32,000 nucleotides of DNA from an uncultured Actinomycetes bacterium (GTDB lineage: Bacteria; Actinomycetota; Actinomycetes; S36-B12; CAIYMF01). A program made the position numbers and the translations under genes. The notes under the pieces are model-generated. The model saw nothing but the letters and a program-made list of their open reading frames with translations, had not been told where the DNA came from and did not search any database. Below, in pieces: positions 1 through 7,605 of this stretch (position 1 is the stretch's first letter; each line of letters begins with the position of its first letter). The stretch lies in assembly GCA_963843975.1 (NCBI GenBank), contig CAWJMG010000003.1, positions 2,580,001 to 2,612,000 of the forward strand, written 5' to 3'.

Positions 1-125
1 GTCATGACGACGAGGTCGTCGTCCGCCGCCTGGGCCGGTGCGGGCAGGGCGAGTGCGGACGCCGACGCGACGAGGGCCACCAGCCCGAGCCTCACGAGAC
101 GACGGTCGCGGGACCTGTCGGCCAT
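1..125 (-). CDS. N-terminal fragment of an exported protein (gene continues past the left edge)
   Basis: Minus-strand ATG at 125-123 opens a frame running to the window edge: MADRSRDRRLVRLGLVALVASASALALPAPAQA|ADDDLVVM. This gives a basic n-region, a hydrophobic core and an AQA-type cleavage site, with GC-rich third positions. It is absent from the ORF track. Confidence 0.4.
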   Translation of the reverse strand, partial: MADRSRDRRLVRLGLVALVASASALALPAPAQAADDDLVVM

Positions 126-207
126 GCAGCACCACCCTGTGCGACGGAGCGGCACGACCGCGCGCCCCGGCCGGACGCTAGCAGCGCAGGACGCAGCGAC
201 GCGCGGC

Positions 208-669
208 TCAGTCGGCCGCGATCCAGGGCCAGGGCTGGCGACCGGTCTCCCGCGCACCGAGGTCGGCGTCGGGGCCGCCCGAGTGCCGCATCACCCAGGC
301 CTGCGGCGTCATCGGGCGGTAGCGGTGCTCGCCGCCGCGGACGACGACCACGTCGCCGCCCTCCACCGCCACGGTCACGATCCCGGACGGCGTCACGAAC
401 TGCATCAGCCCGAGGCCGCTGCGCACGGTGTGCGCCTCGTCCTGCGCGTTGACGTGCCAGGCGCCCATGCCCTCGAGGGCGGCCGCCTCGTCCGCGGGCG
501 GGTCGGCCGTCACCTCGGCGCGCACCCCTCGCTCGTCCGGCGCCAGCACCGCCGCCACGACGTCGTCCTCGGACTCCGCGGCGTGCACCTCGGTGCCGAT
601 CGTGGCGAGCAGGGCCAGGGCCGCGGCGTCGCCGAGGGGCTGGCCGTCGGGGCCGAGGAAGGACGCCAC
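208..669 (-). CDS. hypothetical protein, 153 aa, acidic, no family recognised
   Basis: GTG start at 669 preceded by GGAGG (ccccgcacccGGAGGtctcccGTG). The translation is not low-complexity, unlike the overlapping Arg/Pro-rich frames (4..870 +, 92..823 -). Confidence 0.6.
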   Translation of the reverse strand: MASFLGPDGQPLGDAAALALLATIGTEVHAAESEDDVVAAVLAPDERGVRAEVTADPPADEAAALEGMGAWHVNAQDEAHTVRSGLGLMQFVTPSGIVTVAVEGGDVVVVRGGEHRYRPMTPQAWVMRHSGGPDADLGARETGRQPWPWIAAD

Positions 670-827
670 GGGAGACCTCCGGGTGCGGGGACGATGCCCG
701 CTGATCCTCCCCCAGAGCCGCCCTCACGTCGAGGTCCCGTCCCGCCCGGGGACGGGCTAACAGCCCGAGGAGCGAGCATCGGCCCAGGTCAGAGGCTCGC
801 CAGCGGCCCGATCGGGTGGGCACAGGA

Positions 828-874
828 GGTTAACGCAGGTAGGTTGACATGGGTAACTGAATGCGGTTAACGTA
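828..874. promoter_or_regulatory. cluster of GGTTAAC-like words bracketing the mmpL promoter (candidate TetR operator)
   Basis: GGTTAACGCA (828-837) and GGTTAACGTA (865-874) are 9/10 identical, and each contains the palindrome GTTAAC. Degenerate copies GGTTGACA (842-849) and GGGTAAC (851-857) lie between them. This is the AT-richest patch of the 670-914 intergenic region. Confidence 0.35.
844..873 (+). promoter_or_regulatory. sigma-70-type promoter for mmpL-tetR
   Basis: TTGACA (844-849), 18-nt spacer, TAACGT (868-873, fits actinobacterial TAnnnT). It lies about 40 nt upstream of the mmpL ATG, which has an AAGGAG SD at 904-909. Confidence 0.5.
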
Positions 875-914
875 GCGCCGTTCACTCCCGCCGTCTTCCC
901 CACAAGGAGCAGTC

Positions 915-3197
915 ATGACCACCACGACCACGACCCCCCGGGGGTCCCGTCCGGGGTGGTTCGACCGCCTCGGCGCCTTCGCCGTCCGCCGGCGCCGCCT
1001 GATCCTCGTGCTCTCCGTCGTCGGCGTCGTCGTGGCGGCCGTCGTCGGCGGCGGGGTCTTCTCCCGCCTGTCCTCCGGCGGGTTCGACGACCCCGGCTCG
1101 GACAGCGCCCTCGCCGCCGACCAGCTCGTCGACACCTTCGACGCCGCCCCGGCCGACCTCGTGGTCGTCGCCCGGTCGGCCGCCGGATCGTCGGTCGACG
1201 ACGCGACCGTGGCCGCTGCCGGCCAGGCGCTCGCGGCCCGGCTGGCCGCGGAGGTCGACGTCACCGACGTCGTCAGCTACTGGCAGACCGAGGCGCCGTC
1301 GATGCGCAGCACCGACGGGACGCTCGCGCTGATCAGCGCCCGTCTCGCCCTCGACGGTGACGCGCTCCAGAATCGCGCCGGCGAGATCGCCGGCGAGCTG
1401 AGCGGCACCACGCCGGACGGCGTCCTCGACGTGCGCGTCGGCGGTGCTCCGGTCACGTTCGACGCCGTCGGCACCACGATCGAGAAGGACCTCGCCCGGG
1501 CGGAGGGCATCGCCGTCCCCATCACGATGCTGCTGCTCCTGCTCGTCTTCGGCACGCTCGTGGCGGCCGGCCTGCCCGCGATCATCGGCGCCGTCTCGGT
1601 CGTCGGCTCCTTCGCCTCGCTCTGGGTCATCACGCAGTTCACCGACGTCTCGATCTTCGCAATCAACCTCGTGACCGCCCTCGGCATCGGCCTCGGCATC
1701 GACTACGCCCTCTTCATGGTCACGCGGTTCCGTGAGGAGCTCGCCCGCGGCCACGACACCGAGACCGCGGTCCGACGCACCGTCCGCACCGCCGGTCGCA
1801 CCGTCGTCTACTCCGGCATCACCGTGGCGATCTCGCTCGCGGCCCTGCTGGTCTTCCCGCAGTTCTTCCTGCGCTCCTTCGCCTACGCCGGCATCGCGAC
1901 CGTCGGCCTCGCGGTGATCGCCGCGGTCGTGATCCTGCCCGCCGCGCTCGCCGCGCTCGGCCCGCGCGTCAACCGCTTCCGCGTCCTCAAGTCCACCACC
2001 GAGATCCGCGAGGACGGCTTCTGGTTCCGCCTGTCGTCCGCGGTCATGCGCCGCCCGTGGCCCGTCCTCATCGGCGGTGTCGCCGTGCTCATCGCGCTGG
2101 GCCTCCCCTTCCTGCGCGTGACGTTCGGCCAGACCGACGACCGGGTGCTTGCCAGCACGTCCCAGGCGGCTCAGGCAGGCGACTGGCTGCGCACCGAGTT
2201 CGACTCGCGCGAGTCGTCCCCGCTGTGGGTCGTCGCGACGACGAGCACCGCGGAGAACGGCGTCGTCAGCACCTACGCGGCTCAGCTGTCCGAGGTCGCC
2301 GACGTCACGCGCGTCGACTCGGCGGTCGGCTCCTTCGTCGAGGGTCGCCTCGTGGCGACGCCCGGCCCCGCCGCCGCACGGTTCACCACCGAGTCGGGGA
2401 CCGGCACGTGGCTGTCGGTCGTGACCGACGTCGAGCCCTACTCCGACGCCGGTCGGCAGGTCGTCGAGGACGTCCGCGCCGTTCCGTCGCCGCTCGGCGA
2501 GACCCTGGTCGGCGGCGTCGCAGCCGAGTTCACCGACACCCAGGCCGCGATGGGCGATCGGCTCCCGTGGGCGATCGGCATCATCGCGATCGCGACGTTC
2601 GTGCTGCTGTTCCTCTTCACCGGGTCCGTCGTGCTCCCGCTCAAGGCGCTGGTGCTCAACACCCTCAGCCTCTCGGCGATGTTCGGCGCGATGGTGTGGA
2701 TCTTCCAGGAGGGCCACCTCTCGCAGTGGCTCGGCGGGTTCACGGTGACCGGCGAGCTCGACACCGCGATGCCGATCCTCATGTTCTGCATCGCGTTCGG
2801 CCTCTCGATGGACTACGAGGTGTTCCTCCTGTCGCGCATCAAGGAGGAGTACGACCGCACCGGTGACAACACCGCGGCCGTCGCCATCGGCATGCAGCGC
2901 ACCGGCCGACTCATCACCAGCGCCGCCGCACTGCTGGCCATCGTGTTCATCGCGTTCGCGAGCAGCAGCGTCACGATCATCAAGATGCTCGGTGTGGGTG
3001 TGGCGCTCGCCGTCCTGGTGGACGCCACCCTCATCCGCGGCCTCATGGTGCCCGCATTCATGCGGGTGATGGGCGACGCCAACTGGTGGGCCCCCGCCTG
3101 GATGAAGCGCATCTACGACCGGTTCGGCATCAGCGAGGCGGAGGGCGACGAGGACGACGTCCGCGACGTCCGCGACGACGCCGTGGTCGTAGGCTGA
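915..3197 (+). CDS. MMPL-family (RND superfamily) membrane transporter, 760 aa
   Basis: Full-length ORF with two repeated halves, each with multiple hydrophobic helices. Hallmark MMPL motifs are present: GIDYALFMVTRFREE and GLSMDYEVFLLSRIKEE. SD AAGGAG is 5 nt upstream of the ATG. Confidence 0.9.
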   Translation: MTTTTTTPRGSRPGWFDRLGAFAVRRRRLILVLSVVGVVVAAVVGGGVFSRLSSGGFDDPGSDSALAADQLVDTFDAAPADLVVVARSAAGSSVDDATVAAAGQALAARLAAEVDVTDVVSYWQTEAPSMRSTDGTLALISARLALDGDALQNRAGEIAGELSGTTPDGVLDVRVGGAPVTFDAVGTTIEKDLARAEGIAVPITMLLLLLVFGTLVAAGLPAIIGAVSVVGSFASLWVITQFTDVSIFAINLVTALGIGLGIDYALFMVTRFREELARGHDTETAVRRTVRTAGRTVVYSGITVAISLAALLVFPQFFLRSFAYAGIATVGLAVIAAVVILPAALAALGPRVNRFRVLKSTTEIREDGFWFRLSSAVMRRPWPVLIGGVAVLIALGLPFLRVTFGQTDDRVLASTSQAAQAGDWLRTEFDSRESSPLWVVATTSTAENGVVSTYAAQLSEVADVTRVDSAVGSFVEGRLVATPGPAAARFTTESGTGTWLSVVTDVEPYSDAGRQVVEDVRAVPSPLGETLVGGVAAEFTDTQAAMGDRLPWAIGIIAIATFVLLFLFTGSVVLPLKALVLNTLSLSAMFGAMVWIFQEGHLSQWLGGFTVTGELDTAMPILMFCIAFGLSMDYEVFLLSRIKEEYDRTGDNTAAVAIGMQRTGRLITSAAALLAIVFIAFASSSVTIIKMLGVGVALAVLVDATLIRGLMVPAFMRVMGDANWWAPAWMKRIYDRFGISEAEGDEDDVRDVRDDAVVVG

Positions 3198-3201
3198 TCG
3201 C

Positions 3202-3978
3202 ATGACCTCGGCAGCAGCTCGTCCTCGTCGCCGCGCCCGCCGCGGCGAGGGCGAGCTGCTGCGCGCCGAGATCCTGACGGCCGCCCGCAGCCTCCTCGCC
3301 GAGACCCAGGACGCCGACGCCGTCTCGGTGCGCTCGGTCGCCGAGCGCGTCGGGGTGTCGACCCCCTCGATCTACCTGCACTTCGCCGACAAGCAGGCTC
3401 TGCTCGACGCCGTCTGCGAGCTCGTGTTCGCCGAGCTCGACGCCCAGATGCAGGCGGCCGCCTCGACGACAGACGACCCGTTCGACGGGCTGCGGCTGCG
3501 CGGGCTCGCCTACGCGGAGTTCGCCCTCGCCAACCCGGAGCAGTACCGGATCGCCATGATGCGCATGCCGGCCATGCACGAGGGGTACGACAAGCACAGC
3601 TACAGCCCGTTCAGCGCCGAGGACATCGTCGCGGGGCCGACGTACCACCACCTCATGCAGGCCGTGCAGGGCTGCATCGACCTCGGGGTCTTCGCACCGG
3701 GCACCGACCCCGACCAGGTGGCGACCTCCCTCTGGGCGGCAGCGCACGGGGCCGTGTCCCTGTGCCTCGCCAAGCCGGGGCTCGTCGGCCAGGACGCCCT
3801 CGCGATGTGCGAGATGGTCATCACCAACGCCGGTCTCGGCGCCGCACTCGCGAGCTACATCGACCACCCGCACGACGACTCGGACCCGCACGAGCACGAG
3901 GGCATGAGCGAGAGCCTCGCCCAGCTGCTGCAGGCGACCGCAGCGCTGGCCGCGATGAAGCTCCCGCCGAAGGGCTGA
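3202..3978 (+). CDS. TetR/AcrR-family transcriptional regulator, 258 aa
   Basis: N-terminal HTH VSVRSVAERVGVSTPSIYLHFADKQALL. The ATG is 4 nt after the mmpL stop, so the genes are probably co-transcribed. Confidence 0.9.
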   Translation: MTSAAARPRRRARRGEGELLRAEILTAARSLLAETQDADAVSVRSVAERVGVSTPSIYLHFADKQALLDAVCELVFAELDAQMQAAASTTDDPFDGLRLRGLAYAEFALANPEQYRIAMMRMPAMHEGYDKHSYSPFSAEDIVAGPTYHHLMQAVQGCIDLGVFAPGTDPDQVATSLWAAAHGAVSLCLAKPGLVGQDALAMCEMVITNAGLGAALASYIDHPHDDSDPHEHEGMSESLAQLLQATAALAAMKLPPKG

Positions 3979-3993
3979 CGCGCAGCCGGAAGG

Positions 3994-4236
3994 TCAGGCG
4001 CCGAGCGCCGGACCGGCCTCGGAGGGCGCGGGCTCGCCCGAGCGCGGGCCCGGGATGTCGCCCAGCAGGGCACGGACCTCGGCCGCGCGATAGCGGCGGT
4101 GGCCGCCGAGCGTGCGGATGGACGTGAGCTTGCCGGCCTTGGCCCAGCGCGTGACCGTCTTGGGGTCGACGCGGAAGAGGGCCGCCACCTCGGCAGGGGT
4201 CAGCAGCTCGTCCGCCTCAGGCGGGCGACTCGCCAT
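3994..4236 (-). CDS. bldC: BldC-family small MerR-like DNA-binding developmental regulator, 80 aa
   Basis: LLTPAEVAALFRVDPKTVTRWAKAGKLTSIRTLGGHRRYRAAEVRALL is near-identical to the Streptomyces BldC core as I recall it. SD GAGGGGGAG lies upstream of the ATG at 4236. Confidence 0.9.
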   Translation of the reverse strand: MASRPPEADELLTPAEVAALFRVDPKTVTRWAKAGKLTSIRTLGGHRRYRAAEVRALLGDIPGPRSGEPAPSEAGPALGA

Positions 4237-4294
4237 GGACTCCCCCTCGGGTAGGTGCGGGTCGGTGCGGTGGCCTGACCCGACCGGGGTGTCC

Positions 4295-4312
4295 GGTTTG
4301 GTCGTTTTGGTC
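4295..4312 (-). repeat. tandem 9-mer direct repeat in the bldC upstream region
   Basis: Plus strand GGTTTGGTC GTTTTGGTC (minus strand GACCAAAAC GACCAAACC), 59-76 nt upstream of the bldC ATG. Confidence 0.5.
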
Positions 4313-4415
4313 CGCGCGTGACTATCTCAGGCGAGCGTCGGGGAACGGGAGGTCCGTGGCCGATCCGTGACCGAAACCCCGTCTGACCGAGACAAGGACC
4401 CGCCCGGACGGCACA

Positions 4416-4449
4416 GGATCCCGGGCGGGAGGAGTCCGCGCCGGGATCC
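4416..4449 (-). terminator. stem-loop downstream of the sugar ABC operon
   Basis: ggatcccgggcgg / ccgcgccgggatcc forms a 13-bp stem with one bulge and a 7-nt loop, 22 nt after the ATPase stop (4471). No U-tract, as is common in high-GC actinobacteria. Confidence 0.45.
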
Positions 4450-4470
4450 GGTGGTCGTGCAGGTGCCTGG

Positions 4471-5232
4471 TCAGTCGGTGATGAGGCCCGTGATCGTCCC
4501 GAGCAGCGTGTCGACGTCGAACTCCGACGTCGGCGCGTCCTTCACGACCCGGCCGAGCCGCAGCACGACCACCCGGTCGGTCACCTGCAGCACGTGCGGG
4601 AGCGTGTGCGAGATGAAGATGACGCCGAGGCCCTCGTCCTTGGCCCGCTCGATCACGTGCAGGACCTCGCCCGCCTGACGCGCGCCGAGGTGGTTGGTCG
4701 GCTCGTCGAGGATGATCACGCGGCTCGCCCAGGCGACGGCGCGGCCGATCGCCACAGCCTGGCGCTGACCGCCGGAGAGCTGTGCGACCGATCGCCCGGA
4801 CGACGGCACGGCGATGCCGACGCGCTCGAGGTCCTCGTGCGCCCGGTGGTCCATCGACTTCTGAGCGAGGAAGCCCATCTTGCCGAGGATGCCCGGCTTG
4901 AGCTCCTCACGGCCGAGGAAGACGTTGGCGCTCACCGACAGGTGCGGCGCGAGGCCGGAGTCCTGGTAGAGCGTCTCGACGCCCGCCTCGATCGCGTCGT
5001 GCGGCGACTTCCAGACGCGCTCGACGCCGTCCAGCAGCAGCTCGCCGCTGGTGGGGTTGTGCGCGCCGGACAGGCACTTCACGAGCGTCGACTTGCCGGC
5101 ACCGTTGTCGCCGACGAGGCCGACGACCTCGCCCGCGTGGAGCTTGAGGTTCGCCTCGTCGAGCGCCACGACCGCGCCGTACCGCTTGCTGAGGTTTCGA
5201 GCCTCGTAGATGACGTCCCCGCGCTCGGTCAT
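4471..5232 (-). CDS. sugar ABC transporter ATP-binding protein, single NBD, 253 aa (FrcA-like)
   Basis: True start is the ATG at 5232 (MTERGDVIYEARNL...); the track ORF is extended upstream by 160 Arg-rich codons. Walker A GDNGAGKST, signature LSGGQRQAV, Walker B IILDEP. ATGA overlap with the permease stop (5229-5232). Confidence 0.9.
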   Translation of the reverse strand: MTERGDVIYEARNLSKRYGAVVALDEANLKLHAGEVVGLVGDNGAGKSTLVKCLSGAHNPTSGELLLDGVERVWKSPHDAIEAGVETLYQDSGLAPHLSVSANVFLGREELKPGILGKMGFLAQKSMDHRAHEDLERVGIAVPSSGRSVAQLSGGQRQAVAIGRAVAWASRVIILDEPTNHLGARQAGEVLHVIERAKDEGLGVIFISHTLPHVLQVTDRVVVLRLGRVVKDAPTSEFDVDTLLGTITGLITD

Positions 5233-6257
5233 GCTGCCCGCCCCTCGGTCTTGCGCAGCGCCTGCAGTGTCGCGGCGATGGCGATGAGGACGGCGACGAC
5301 CACGCGCTTCCACGACGGGTCGACGCCGACGATGATGAGTCCGCTCGTGACGGTGGTGAGGATCAGCGCACCGATCACGGTGCCGGTCACACGGCCGACA
5401 CCGCCGGCGAGCGCCGCGCCGCCGATCACGACGGCGGCGATCGCGTCGAGCTCCATGCCGAAGCCGGACGTCGGGGCACCGCCGTTGAGGCGCAGGTAGA
5501 AGAAGAAGCCGGCGAGACCGGCGAGCATGCCGGACAGCATGTACACCTTGGCGATGTGGCGGCGGACGTTGATGCCGGCGGCGCGTGCGGCGAACGAGTT
5601 TGAGCCGATCGCATACGTGTAGCGGCCGAACCGGGCCTTGTGCACGAACAGCCAGAGCACCACGACGATGGCGATGATCACGACGACCGGCTTGGAGAAC
5701 GGGCCGATCCACGGGGTGACCAGGAGGATCGCGTCGGCCGGTCCGCCCATGATCGGCGCGCCCTTGGTGAGCACCAGGGACAGGCCGGAGGCCGCGCCGA
5801 GGGTGACCAGCGTGGCGATGAAGGGCACGAGCCGCGCGTAGTTGATGAGCAGCGCGTTGATGGTGCCGATGAGCGCGCCGACGAGCACGCAGACCAGGAT
5901 GCCCACGATCAGGGTCGTGACGCTGGGCTGGCCGCCCGCCTTCAGGGCCTTCATGGCGAAGGCGCCGATGACGCCGCTGAAGCCGACCGTGGCACCGACC
6001 GACAGGTCGATGCCGGCGCTGATGACGACGATGAGCTGGCCCAGCGCGATGAGCACCAGGGGTGCCCAGTCGAGCAGGATGTTCGCCGCGACGTCGACCG
6101 AGAAGAAGATCGGCTCGAGCAGCGAAAAGCCGAGGACCATCGCGAGCCAGACGATCAGCAGCAGGAGCTGCTGGTTCGACAGCGCCGCCTTGAGCCGGGA
6201 CGTCGGCGCGACGACCTGCGTCACCGGCGCTGCCGGCTTCGCTTCAGTGGATGCCAC
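5229..6257 (-). CDS. sugar ABC transporter permease (CUT2 / RbsC-like), 342 aa
   Basis: Polytopic hydrophobic protein. GTG start at 6257 with SD GGAGG 4 nt upstream. Translationally coupled to the ATPase. Confidence 0.9.
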   Translation of the reverse strand: MASTEAKPAAPVTQVVAPTSRLKAALSNQQLLLLIVWLAMVLGFSLLEPIFFSVDVAANILLDWAPLVLIALGQLIVVISAGIDLSVGATVGFSGVIGAFAMKALKAGGQPSVTTLIVGILVCVLVGALIGTINALLINYARLVPFIATLVTLGAASGLSLVLTKGAPIMGGPADAILLVTPWIGPFSKPVVVIIAIVVVLWLFVHKARFGRYTYAIGSNSFAARAAGINVRRHIAKVYMLSGMLAGLAGFFFYLRLNGGAPTSGFGMELDAIAAVVIGGAALAGGVGRVTGTVIGALILTTVTSGLIIVGVDPSWKRVVVAVLIAIAATLQALRKTEGRAA

Positions 6258-6318
6258 GAGCCCTCCTTCGGGCGGCCGTCACCGGAGTGGGCGGCCCTTC
6301 GACTGGGGTGAGAAGGGG

Positions 6319-6351
6319 GCGGGGGCGGGCGTCGTCGACGCCCGCCCCCGC
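6319..6351 (-). other. intercistronic GC-rich stem-loop between the SBP and permease genes
   Basis: ggcgggggcgggcgtc gtc gacgcccgcccccgcc-type hairpin: a 15-bp perfect stem (6319-6333 with 6337-6351) and a 3-nt loop, inside the 101-nt gap after the SBP stop. Confidence 0.5.
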
Positions 6352-6358
6352 GATGTCG

Positions 6359-7411
6359 TCAGGAGGCGACGTAGGTGTACTTCTGGAGGTCGGCGTCCGA
6401 GGTGTTCTTGTCGAGCACCACGTTCGGGATCACGACCTCGGGCTTGATGGTCGACGCGTCGCCGCCGGTGATCTTCGTGCAGAGCGACTCGACGGCCTGA
6501 CGGGCCTCGGTGGCCGGGTCCTGCGCGATGAGGGCCGTGAAGACGCCGCTCTTGATCAGGGCGACGTTGTCCGGGTAGGCGTCGTAGCCGACCAGGGCGA
6601 CCTTGCCGACGAGGCCCTTTGCCTGCAGCGCGGCCGCAGCACCCTGGGCGTTGGTGCCGTCGATGGCGAAGATGCCGTTGAGGTCCGGGTACTTGGTGAG
6701 CCAGTTGTTGACGTTGGTGTTGGCCACCTCGGGCTTGGACTGCGAGTACGCGATGTCCACGATCTCGATGCCCGGGTACTTGGCGGCCACGGCGGCCTTG
6801 AAGCCCTCGAGGCGGGCGACGTTGGTGGTCGCGGTCTCGGAGGTGAGGCCGACGACGACCTTGTACTTCTGGCCGTCGGCGTAGCCGATCGCGCCGGCGA
6901 TCGCCTCGGCGGCCTTGGTGCCACCGTCTGTGTTGTCGCCCGTGATGAAGGTGAGGACCTGGCCGAGGTCGGTCACGCGGGTGTCCACGTTCGCGACGGT
7001 GACGCCGGCGGCGACGGCCTTGGCGACCGAGGGCTGCAGCGCGTCGGGGTCGGTCGGGATGAGCACGAGGCCGTCCGGCTTCTGCGCGAGCACCTGGTCG
7101 ACGACCGGGATCTGCGTGGCCGGCGAGTACTCCTTGGGGTCGCCCTGCCAGATCAGCTCGGCGCCGGCGGCCTGCGTCGCCTCGGTGGCGCCGACCTTCA
7201 TGGCCTGGAAGAACGGGTCCGACTCGGCGCCCATGACGAAGGCGATCTTCTTGCCGGAGCAGGTAGCTGCGGCGCCGGAGCCCGAGGTGGACGGCGCGGC
7301 CGAGGAGGCGGCGTTGTTCGAGGAGGAGGAGCTGCCGCATGCCGCGAGCAGCAGGGAGGCAGCAGCGCCGACGACCGCAAGGCTGCGGGCGCGGGGGGAG
7401 CTGAGGACCAT
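6359..7411 (-). CDS. sugar ABC transporter substrate-binding lipoprotein (PBP type 1, RbsB/FrcB-like), 350 aa
   Basis: Signal peptide with lipobox LLLAAC followed by a Ser-rich linker. The mature part has periplasmic-binding-protein type-1 features by eye. ATG 7411 with SD AAAGGA. Confidence 0.9.
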   Translation of the reverse strand: MVLSSPRARSLAVVGAAASLLLAACGSSSSSNNAASSAAPSTSGSGAAATCSGKKIAFVMGAESDPFFQAMKVGATEATQAAGAELIWQGDPKEYSPATQIPVVDQVLAQKPDGLVLIPTDPDALQPSVAKAVAAGVTVANVDTRVTDLGQVLTFITGDNTDGGTKAAEAIAGAIGYADGQKYKVVVGLTSETATTNVARLEGFKAAVAAKYPGIEIVDIAYSQSKPEVANTNVNNWLTKYPDLNGIFAIDGTNAQGAAAALQAKGLVGKVALVGYDAYPDNVALIKSGVFTALIAQDPATEARQAVESLCTKITGGDASTIKPEVVIPNVVLDKNTSDADLQKYTYVAS

Positions 7412-7461
7412 CTGGGGTTCCTTTCACCGGGGGCTGCAGCGCCTGGAGGTTCGCTGCGGTC

Positions 7462-7475
7462 TGACAACGTTGTCG
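7462..7475. promoter_or_regulatory. LacI-family operator O1 (TGACAACGTTGTCG)
   Basis: Contains the perfect 12-bp palindrome GACAACGTTGTC (7463-7474) with a central CG, fitting the LacI/GalR pattern TGnnAnCGnTnnCA. It lies 51 nt upstream of the SBP start. Confidence 0.7.
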
Positions 7476-7537
7476 TGAAGGGTGGACCGTCGATTACCCT
7501 TGTGTCAATAGCCTGTTTCATCTGGACTACACCGTGA

Positions 7538-7551
7538 TGACAACGTTATCG
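7538..7551. promoter_or_regulatory. LacI-family operator O2 (TGACAACGTTATCG)
   Basis: 13/14 identical to O1, 76 bp away, about 46-55 nt upstream of the candidate LacI starts. This suggests autoregulation. Confidence 0.65.
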
Positions 7552-7605
7552 TCGCCGCGCGACCACGCACGGTCGCCGAGACCCCACACTGCACGGATGG
7601 AGCAC

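Noticed and set aside
208-669. Candidate FliW partner for the orphan CsrA (similar size, identical RBS context)
   Set aside because: I see no resemblance to FliW sequence features as I recall them. The gene is 18.6 kb away and in a different transcription unit.
882-3203. 773-aa minus-strand ORF antisense to mmpL
   Set aside because: The translation is Arg/Asp/Gly/His/Glu-rich low complexity, typical of shadow frames in very high-GC DNA. The opposite strand encodes a complete MMPL transporter with hallmark motifs.
5233-5712. Track ORF extensions upstream of true starts (here 160 extra codons on the ABC ATPase; similar cases at 12567-12941, 14909-15172, 15762-15926, 16690-17715, 21597-22280, 23668-24000, 26482-26565 and 30965-31117)
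   Set aside because: The extensions are Arg-rich and overlap the upstream gene. Internal ATG or GTG starts give family-typical N-termini, SD sequences or ATGA/GTGA coupling with the upstream stop.
6251-7537. 428-aa plus-strand ORF over the sugar-binding-protein gene
   Set aside because: This is a shadow ORF (Gly/Arg/Asp/Val-rich, no motifs). The minus strand gives a lipoprotein SBP with SD, signal peptide and lipobox.
7534-7605. GTG 7534 as the LacI start
   Set aside because: It would add a ~38-aa non-conserved extension before the HTH, and it would put operator O2 (7538-7551) inside the coding sequence.
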